The position numbers and the translations under genes are program-made. The notes beneath the pieces were generated by a model. That model searched no databases. It was not told where the DNA came from and saw only the letters and a list, made by a program, of their open reading frames with translations. A stretch of 64,000 nt of DNA from a virus (taxonomy: Duplodnaviria > Caudoviricetes), in the IMG/VR virus record IMGVR_UViG_3300036987_000310, positions 1 to 64,000 of that record; one strand, written 5' to 3'. Shown here one piece after another: positions 48,301-55,200 of this stretch (its first letter is position 1; each line of letters begins with the position of its first letter).

Positions 48301-51300
48301 TAGCGAAGCTCCGCCAGATTCTGTCGACATACCATGGACAAAGTACGGATCCGCCAGCGTTCAAATGATTGGAGCTGTTCATTCTCCTGTCATGCGCTTG
48401 ACTGATTCGATTGCTACAGAATATGTCACGTTTTCCATGTTGAACCCTATTGTCGTCACTGACGTCATGGAGCCAGCGAACGATTGGAAGCTGGACATCC
48501 GTTTGACAGTTGACAGTTTCACCGCTGGCGACGCCGTTCCCGCCACGATTCCGCTTGTCAATTTGCATTTTGCCGGCGTTTTGGTGAACGTGGACGAAGG
48601 GTACGGGGGAAAAAACATTGAGCTCCATTGTTCAGTGGACGCTTCTGGAAATCCATATTTGAACCTTGTCACTTACAATGCAGGAACAGACACAATAGAC
48701 CCTATCGCTCAGTATTTGTTTTCTTGGAACGATGGGGAAGCTCACAGTTTTAACATATTCACAAACAAGGGAGCTGACCAGCTTTTTGTGTATGCCGATG
48801 GCGCGCAGCTCATCCCAACCGCCGGCATTCCGGCATATTCGTCGTTCGGGACGGCAACTGGGGCGACCCCGTCTGTTTCCTTTGGATCTGGAGCGGAAGC
48901 AGTGTCGAATGTCGACTTGAAGACGGCAGTGTCCACAGTCGACTGGGAATCCGTGGCCGTGTTTAAAGACAGCAAACTGTCTGATCTGACGGCTTCTTCC
49001 AAAAGATATATCGGGATTCACCGTGGCGGAAATCCCGCCTTACTCAGTTCTTGGTATGTCGCGAATGTGGACTGGGCATCATTCCACACATACAGGATAG
49101 TAAGAGACCCAGGAAGTTTCATAGCTGTCTACTTGGATGGAGGAAACACCCCCGTCTTGTCCGTTAGCTATGACCCAATAAGGCTTCCTCCTTGCTCTTC
49201 CAGCTTTTTCAACGAAATAACCAACGATCGGTCCATCGTTGCTTGGGGAACGTTTGACCCCCAGGAAATTAGCAGAACTAGATGGAAATTCGTCAATTAT
49301 TCGATGGGCAAGCTTACTCTGACAGATAGGCTTGTCCCCCCACATCAGGTTTTGAACCAGTCAAACGTGATGGCATCTCCGGATCACGCGAACACTGGGG
49401 TTAAACACAGTCACTTTGGATTCTCCGTGTATTCGGGAGGAACTCCAAACGACGATTTCATGGCTGACTTAAACGTTCCAGCATACACGATTCTTGGCGA
49501 AAGAGTTCCTCCTGTTCCAAAGACTCAAGACTTGGAGTCCAGGGGAGGCCTAGTCAGAAGCGCTGTTCCTGCAATGGACGTTTCCGCAGTGGATTTCATA
49601 AACCAAAAGGGGCTTCTTGGACAATTTGAAAACGACGATGAAAATCTTGTTTCGGTTGAGGACTCCATAAGTCCTACATATGCCGTTTCCGTCGTAGTCG
49701 ACGTGGCGAACGATGCTTCAACAGCGTATGAAAGTCATCGTGTTCGCCATGATGTTGCCGCAAACGTCCACTCCGTGGACGATGTTCTGAATATCATAAC
49801 AACATCAGCTGCTTCCGATCTGCCGACGTCCATTGTCAGACTGATAGATTATAAAGCAGTTTTCAATGCCCACATTGTCGATGCCGTTTCGCACCTTCCA
49901 TCTGACGCGGCGAACATGATTTCGTCTCCAGATCCGACAGACCTAGATTCTTCAATCGTTCTTTCGAACGAGATATCGAGTCGATATGGAAACCACCTTC
50001 TAAAAGGATTTTTTCACTTCATACCGCCTGGCGCTCCATACTTTGACAACTTAGTAACGGTTGCTGACGCCACGGACGCCGCTACATGTTCGACGTTGTT
50101 GAACGACGCCACGGCTGGCATAAAGCAAAGATTTTTGGAACATGTAGCGTCTCTGAACTGGCATGGAAAGACGGCAAACTATTCTGTGACGCTAAACTAT
50201 GGATCCACATCGGTTCCAATTTCTTTCATCATAACTCTGGCAAACCATCTGAAGCGCTTGTTTAATCAACACATGACCACGGATGGCGTTCATGTGTTGA
50301 ACGACTCCGTCAATGTGATCTTGACTAGCGACGCGCACGATGTTGACACAGCGATTGCCCTGACCAATGAGGTTAAAGCTGCGTATAACGCGCACGTTGT
50401 TGGACAGCTTGTGCATTCGATCATTGGAACACAAGACGCATATTATCACGCGCCAATTGCAAACCCGTTACAATCCGTCGTTGAGCTGGCAAACGACATT
50501 TTGACCACATTCAATGCGCACGCAGTGTTTCTTAAGTCCCATGTTGAAAAAGACATAGACAGCCTTGTGAAAGCTCAACCCGCGTATGACACTACGTCCG
50601 CAATTGAACTGGCAAACGTTCTCAAATCTTCGTTCAACGCGCATAGAACTGCAGAACATAGGGGGAGCAAAGTGCACGTTCGCGATGACGTAGTAAACAT
50701 CGTGTCTACTGCCGATGCCACGGACTTGGACACCGCTTCAAGTTTGTTGAATGCTGTGAAGTCAGCGTACGAAAGCCATCGAGAAGAAGTTGGAGTTCAT
50801 GGGTCCGCCGCTTTCATACGCTTGGAAGCGCCTTCCCGAGTTCTATACGAAGGAATGAAATTTTGGACGTCTGAGGACGGTGTCGAAGGCCTTGTGTCTT
50901 CTTTTTCAGACGATGAGACATGGCATATTGACGCAGTCAAAAATCAGTCGGACAAATCGTTGACGTACACCGGGGAAGCTTTGCCAGAACAAGCTGTTCT
51001 TGTTAGCATTTTTGCAGATCCGACAAAAATCGTGGATGGTGACACGCTTGTTCTTGAGATTGATCGAAATCATCCTTCGACAATAACTTTTCAGGCCTCC
51101 GACACGACTCTTTTAGATGTCGTTGACAGAATAAACGCGACAGTGCCATCGTGCGCTTCTGTCGAGGGTTCTGAAATAAGGCTTGAAAGTCCGGCCCCGG
51201 GTCCGACTTCGTCTGTTATTGTGAACAGTGGGACAGCGCTTGAAAAACTAGGTTTTTCAATCCCCCATCACTCTCCTTGGTATATAATTTCAAACAATCC

Positions 51301-51700
51301 ATCCAACGTTTCAGTTTCTCTTATGTCCATGGGAGGAGAAAACTTTTTAAGATATGGTGTGACTGATGCGTCAAAAACAGTATACGCAAACTTTGTTGGA
51401 TATCCAGCAATGGCCTCAGCCAGCTTCAGTCTAAACTTTCGCGTTAGAATCAATCGCGATTTTGGAGTGGAAGACTCAGGCGTATATGTTGGTCTTTCCG
51501 GGTCTGCCAATGTTTTTGGGTATGCTGTCGCCATAGGGTGGGGAGGAACTTTGTCAAACAGATACGTCAAGATTCAAGACATGAATTCGAACGAGATTTT
51601 GAACAAGATTCCATTCGATTGGTATGACGGCGATTTTCACACATATTTGTTCTCATACGATGGAAGAAGTCAAACTTTCAAATTGTCTATTGATCCATGA
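45392..51700 (+). CDS. Giant structural protein (2102 aa) with 15 His-His-Asp helical repeats and beta-sandwich domains
   Basis: GTG start with GAGGAGG RBS. The repeats are visible in the translation, and lectin-like beta segments occur (WNDGEAHSFNI; WYDGDFHTYLF). Confidence 0.85.
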   Translation: MAPVSLSGLSSIADRILFTRRAPIVKQPLSLLTGGDLVILSETSVRIVSANFTSDDIGKTLEISGSYGARNDGLFSIVEVLNSVTVELGGANFDMVDETAMTEALVALSNNLKAVYNRHRIHIDLRLDGPPYTTHLVNDTTNDVVSPDASTLPMCITLLNELRSKFSNHISNSGDDFHINIDQWNGVVFGEADGLASAVMLANELRIRYESHRIERRSHSLGDADSRVTAPRVNVVRQSSPGSLVGPFFWTLYDPRLGMVADSPSDVVVRVNGTPVDAEAVFGMLGAVVLPLKPTPTDTVAIDYDFLNNPPARFLRLNSPEFVLNQDKNNGMMGFPSHRYRARSYLIDPGNTPDFTSAVSPYKAGWKYKACERQYTAASNDPATLLLNSPFKRIKYPVLRTFVKETTISYDPVALPQDASDPWNLEGEGQFYLSSGLLTITDNDVQNTLDSKPPFFTHTSDIITDSIVSAAFRARVDESQLDGVFTGVGFGVSDGFDVILVGFVKTEATNLSSSIAIANDIKAKFNLHLVEPTVHGTDDLSDVIGIVDARDLSSLIILLNALKLKFNTHVLKADPTFVSVDVHKDFDTNEILSDDAENLDTSLTLANELRSKIDAHRTSTGIHFVDDTFNEIPLTMQVGILTNSGAYEFQDSWESGAVNWTVLRTYRVHRDSDGNASLYMSGDVDPLATVSKADLPSISDFGGKFDPVQQVFFGSISREATSVSTWNLIRANISPVNSNLLEDNKSVAFDGSTTPELDLISPWVTLGHGGTERTYPGSPGGVQVDSTCSAYPSEIVAMGASSGAFRGYMRFEPMLAPSTSCAIEFESSVDYYTFGLGNRSNGLFMDDGQLSVHFAFLYFSPSPAHVVGSASTFSVNSSDKMYISFDGSASKTVSFTSTLTSAADVASVINATVGSSIAGDDGLNHVEITYGTGASSYISIDGGSASQKLGLTVGKYFGRDSNPEPRVSWFSEAPPDSVDIPWTKYGSASVQMIGAVHSPVMRLTDSIATEYVTFSMLNPIVVTDVMEPANDWKLDIRLTVDSFTAGDAVPATIPLVNLHFAGVLVNVDEGYGGKNIELHCSVDASGNPYLNLVTYNAGTDTIDPIAQYLFSWNDGEAHSFNIFTNKGADQLFVYADGAQLIPTAGIPAYSSFGTATGATPSVSFGSGAEAVSNVDLKTAVSTVDWESVAVFKDSKLSDLTASSKRYIGIHRGGNPALLSSWYVANVDWASFHTYRIVRDPGSFIAVYLDGGNTPVLSVSYDPIRLPPCSSSFFNEITNDRSIVAWGTFDPQEISRTRWKFVNYSMGKLTLTDRLVPPHQVLNQSNVMASPDHANTGVKHSHFGFSVYSGGTPNDDFMADLNVPAYTILGERVPPVPKTQDLESRGGLVRSAVPAMDVSAVDFINQKGLLGQFENDDENLVSVEDSISPTYAVSVVVDVANDASTAYESHRVRHDVAANVHSVDDVLNIITTSAASDLPTSIVRLIDYKAVFNAHIVDAVSHLPSDAANMISSPDPTDLDSSIVLSNEISSRYGNHLLKGFFHFIPPGAPYFDNLVTVADATDAATCSTLLNDATAGIKQRFLEHVASLNWHGKTANYSVTLNYGSTSVPISFIITLANHLKRLFNQHMTTDGVHVLNDSVNVILTSDAHDVDTAIALTNEVKAAYNAHVVGQLVHSIIGTQDAYYHAPIANPLQSVVELANDILTTFNAHAVFLKSHVEKDIDSLVKAQPAYDTTSAIELANVLKSSFNAHRTAEHRGSKVHVRDDVVNIVSTADATDLDTASSLLNAVKSAYESHREEVGVHGSAAFIRLEAPSRVLYEGMKFWTSEDGVEGLVSSFSDDETWHIDAVKNQSDKSLTYTGEALPEQAVLVSIFADPTKIVDGDTLVLEIDRNHPSTITFQASDTTLLDVVDRINATVPSCASVEGSEIRLESPAPGPTSSVIVNSGTALEKLGFSIPHHSPWYIISNNPSNVSVSLMSMGGENFLRYGVTDASKTVYANFVGYPAMASASFSLNFRVRINRDFGVEDSGVYVGLSGSANVFGYAVAIGWGGTLSNRYVKIQDMNSNEILNKIPFDWYDGDFHTYLFSYDGRSQTFKLSIDP

Positions 51701-51757
51701 AAGTTTGATAAGCCGTGGTAGCGACCGGAGCAGCAACCGGGAATAACGGAGAAAAAG

Positions 51758-52180
51758 ATGGCGGCCAACAAGTCAGAAACTCTTGCAAACAATGTTATCA
51801 ACTTCTTTCTCAGGGCAAATGCTGGATCGGTAACTGCCCCGGCGACGGTATATGCCGCTCTTTTCACTGTGTCTCCAACTTCTACGACGTTTGGAACAGA
51901 AGTGTCTGGTGGCAACTATGCCCGAGTAAACTGTGGAGAAACTTCTGCTATCACTTTCTCTGCAGCGTCCGGCGGTGCTTCTGCAAATGCTGCGGCCATT
52001 CAGTTTCCAACTGCCAATGCGTCATGGGGAGAAATCAAAGCCGTTGCTATTTTGAATCATGTTTCTGATTCAAACCCGTCGAACATCATATACTGGGGTG
52101 CATTGTCAGCTTTCAAAACAGTTGACAGCGGCGACACAGTCACTTTCAACACGTCTGCTTTGGCGATCGCTGAAACCTGA
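51758..52180 (+). CDS. Minor tail / fibre-associated protein of a widespread ~140-aa phage family
   Basis: VYAALFTVSP…GTEVSGGNYARV…NAAAIQFPTANASWG.I.AVAI…WGAL…KTVDSGDTVTF is a familiar phage minor-tail pattern. RBS GGAG. Confidence 0.8.
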   Translation: MAANKSETLANNVINFFLRANAGSVTAPATVYAALFTVSPTSTTFGTEVSGGNYARVNCGETSAITFSAASGGASANAAAIQFPTANASWGEIKAVAILNHVSDSNPSNIIYWGALSAFKTVDSGDTVTFNTSALAIAET

Positions 52181-52231
52181 TTTTCAACGAAGTTCTGCAG
52201 ACATCTGTGGACCGTATCGTTTAGTTTGGCG

Positions 52232-52264
52232 CCTCTTTAAGCTCTTTTGAAAGCTTAGCAGAGG
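52232..52264 (+). promoter_or_regulatory. Hairpin pairing with the Shine-Dalgarno of the LamG gene
   Basis: CCTCT-TTAAGCT pairs with AGCTTAG-(C)-AGAGG (~12 bp, one bulge, one G-U). The 3' arm contains part of AGAGGAG, which lies 4 nt before ATG 52271. Confidence 0.45.
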
Positions 52265-52270
52265 AGTATC

Positions 52271-55200
52271 ATGGCTGATCATCAAGTATCCGCAGATTTG
52301 TCTGGAGACGCCTCTTTAAACGGCGCTCTAAATCAAGATTTCGTTGTCGCTTCAAGTTTGTCTGGTGATGCTGCTCTGAGCGCTGCAGATTCCACGACAG
52401 TTCCTGTTGCTTCTTCTTTGTCTGGCGACGCCGCTTTAAGCGCCATGCTGTCTGGCGAATTGCCTGTCGCTTCTTCTTTGTCTGGCGACGCCGCTTTAAG
52501 CGCCATACTGAACCAAGATTTCATTGTCGCTTCAAGCTTGTCTGGAGACACCGTTTTAAGCGCCATACTGTTTGGCGAATTGCCTGTGGCGTCCTCTTTG
52601 TCTGGTGATGTCGCCCTGAGCGCCATACTGTCTGGCGGGTTGCCCGTCGCTTCAAGCTTGTCTGGCGACGCTGCTCTGAGTGCTGCTTTAAACCAAGATT
52701 TCGTTGTTTCGTCTTCTTTGTCTGGCGACGCCGCTTTAAGCGCCATGCTGTCTGGCGAATTGCCTGTCGCTTCTTCTTTGTCTGGAGACGCCTCTTTAAG
52801 CGGGTTTGCCATTTCTCCAAGATACTCGATCGAATCGATCTCTTTTGATGGAGTTGACGATCATGTAGCCATGGGGGACGTGCTCGGGTTTGAGCGGACT
52901 GATGCTTTTAGCGTATCTCTATGGACCAAGTCTGTGCAAACCGGGGTGGAGGCCAATTTCTTTTCCAAGTGTGGTGACGGCCCTAACTATCGTGGCTATT
53001 TGCTCAACCAGGATGACATCGATGATTCGCTGGTCTTTTACCTGATTAACGTATGGCCCACCAACTGCATTGAGGTTCGACCGACTCAGACTGTCAACGA
53101 CGGACAATGGCACCATGCTGTGGTCACTTACAACGGGTCTAGCCAAGCTTCAGGCATCACTTTCTACATTGATGGCGTGGCTGTTCCATTCACCACTCTG
53201 AAGAATACGCTCAGCGCCACCATTCTGACCCCCACTCCGTTACAACTGGGGCGTCGAACATCTTCGGGGCTTCTCCAGCCCTACACCGGGAACCTGGACG
53301 AGGTCTCGTTCTGGGATAAGGCTCTTTCGGAGTCGGACATTGCTGGCATCTACAACGACGGGTGCCCGACCGATCTTGCCCAGCATAGTTCGGTCACCAA
53401 CCTGGTTGGCTGGTGGCGGATGGGAGAGGGCTCAGCTTTCCCTGTCATCCCGGACCTTGGCACCGGAGGCGTCCCTTATCCTCTCGTGCAGGATCTCTCA
53501 GGTAATGGGTATGACGGCACCATGATGAACATGGAGGTGACCGATGTCACCTCTGATGCTCCTTATGGTAAGTGCGTGGCGTTCGATGGTGTGGACGAGT
53601 ATGTCGGGCTTCTGTCCGCTCGACCAATTCTTGATACACCTCAGCCGTTTTCCCTGTCGGCTTGGGTGTACATCACTTCGACGTCAACAATCTATCGTAC
53701 CATAATGGGAACATGCGGCAGTGGGGCCCCGTATGGAATAACGTTTGGTTACACGGTAATTGATACCACTAGTGACTTCACCATCTGGGCGCATTTCATA
53801 TACGACAATGCAACTAACGCCATAAAGGTCGGTAGCACAACTCCAAGACTGCCAGCGAACTCCTGGGTGTTCGTGACTCTTACCTGGGATGGGAACGCAT
53901 CACCGGGTGCCACTGGTTTGAAGCTTTACGGTAACGGGAGCCCGCTTGCGACCGCAACGTCTCAAGACAATCTTGGAACTAATTCACTTGTAAACTCAGC
54001 CTATCCATTTTCAATAGGCAGTCGTAGCCCGGCTTCTGACCCGCTTTATTTCCGTGGAAAGATCGACAACGCGGCGGTCTGGAACAAGGAGCTTTCCGCC
54101 GCTGAAGTAGCCGAATTGTACAACGACGGGCATCTCCACCCCGCTACAGAAGTGAGTTTTGTCGGGAACCTTATCGCCTACTGGCCGATGGGCGAAGGCG
54201 ACACCTTCCCTACGCTCCAGGACCGACGGTTTGGTTCGGAGGTATCGGCGACCTACCCGACCATCCTCGACGCCAAGTCGTCGGAAACGCTTGCTGCCTA
54301 CCCGACCATCCTGGACGCGAGCGGATCGGGGTTCAACGGCACGATGACGAACATGGCGATAAACGACATCGTCCTCGACTCTCCGGGTGGGACCTTCTCT
54401 AAGTTTGCCTTGGACTTCGACGGCAGCGATGACTATGTCGCCTGCGGAAACGTTTTGGGGTTCGAGAGGACGGATGCATTTTCCGTAGAGTTTACGTTTA
54501 AAGCCGGGGCGTCTGTCGACAATGAATTCGTTATCGCCAAGGCAATAGCTGGGACACCTGAAGGGTGGCATATTATCCTGTCTAGCACGGGGCAGATAAT
54601 ACTTGGCATGGTTCGTACATGGCTCACTAACGCCATTGTTGTAGAAACCGTACTGGGGTATCGGGATAATGTTTGGCATCAGGCAGTGATGACCTACGAT
54701 GGGTCTAGCTCGGCCACTGGTGTTGCGTTTTATATAGATGGAGCCGCAGTTGTTTCATCTACTTTCACAGACACCCTAAGCGCTAGCATTGTTTCGGCGG
54801 CTGAACTTAGGATAGGTACTCGGCAACTAGGCTACCCGAACGAGTGCTATTCTGGTCGGCTTGAAGAAGTGGCGGTTTGGGACAAGAAGCTTTTCGCCGC
54901 AGAGGTGCTTGAAGTCTATAACGGCGGTGTCCCAACCGACAACCGCCTTCTGTCCAGCGCAGACAATCTTGTCGGCTATTGGCGCATGGGTGACCAGGTA
55001 CGATTCGACGGCACCATGACGAACATGGCTGTCAACGACATCGTGCTTAACAGTCCTGGGGGGACCTTCTCGAAGTTCAGCACGGACTTCGATGGTAGCG
55101 ATGACTACGTGACGATGGGCACTGTCCTCCAATTTGAGCGGACAGATACCTATTCATTGTCGATATGGTGTAAAACTAGGTCTATCGGATCAGAACAGAA

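Noticed and set aside
52333-52812. - strand ORFs with repeated ASPDKEEATG units (also 56938..57246)
   Set aside because: Mirror translation of the 60-bp SSLSGDA coding repeats.
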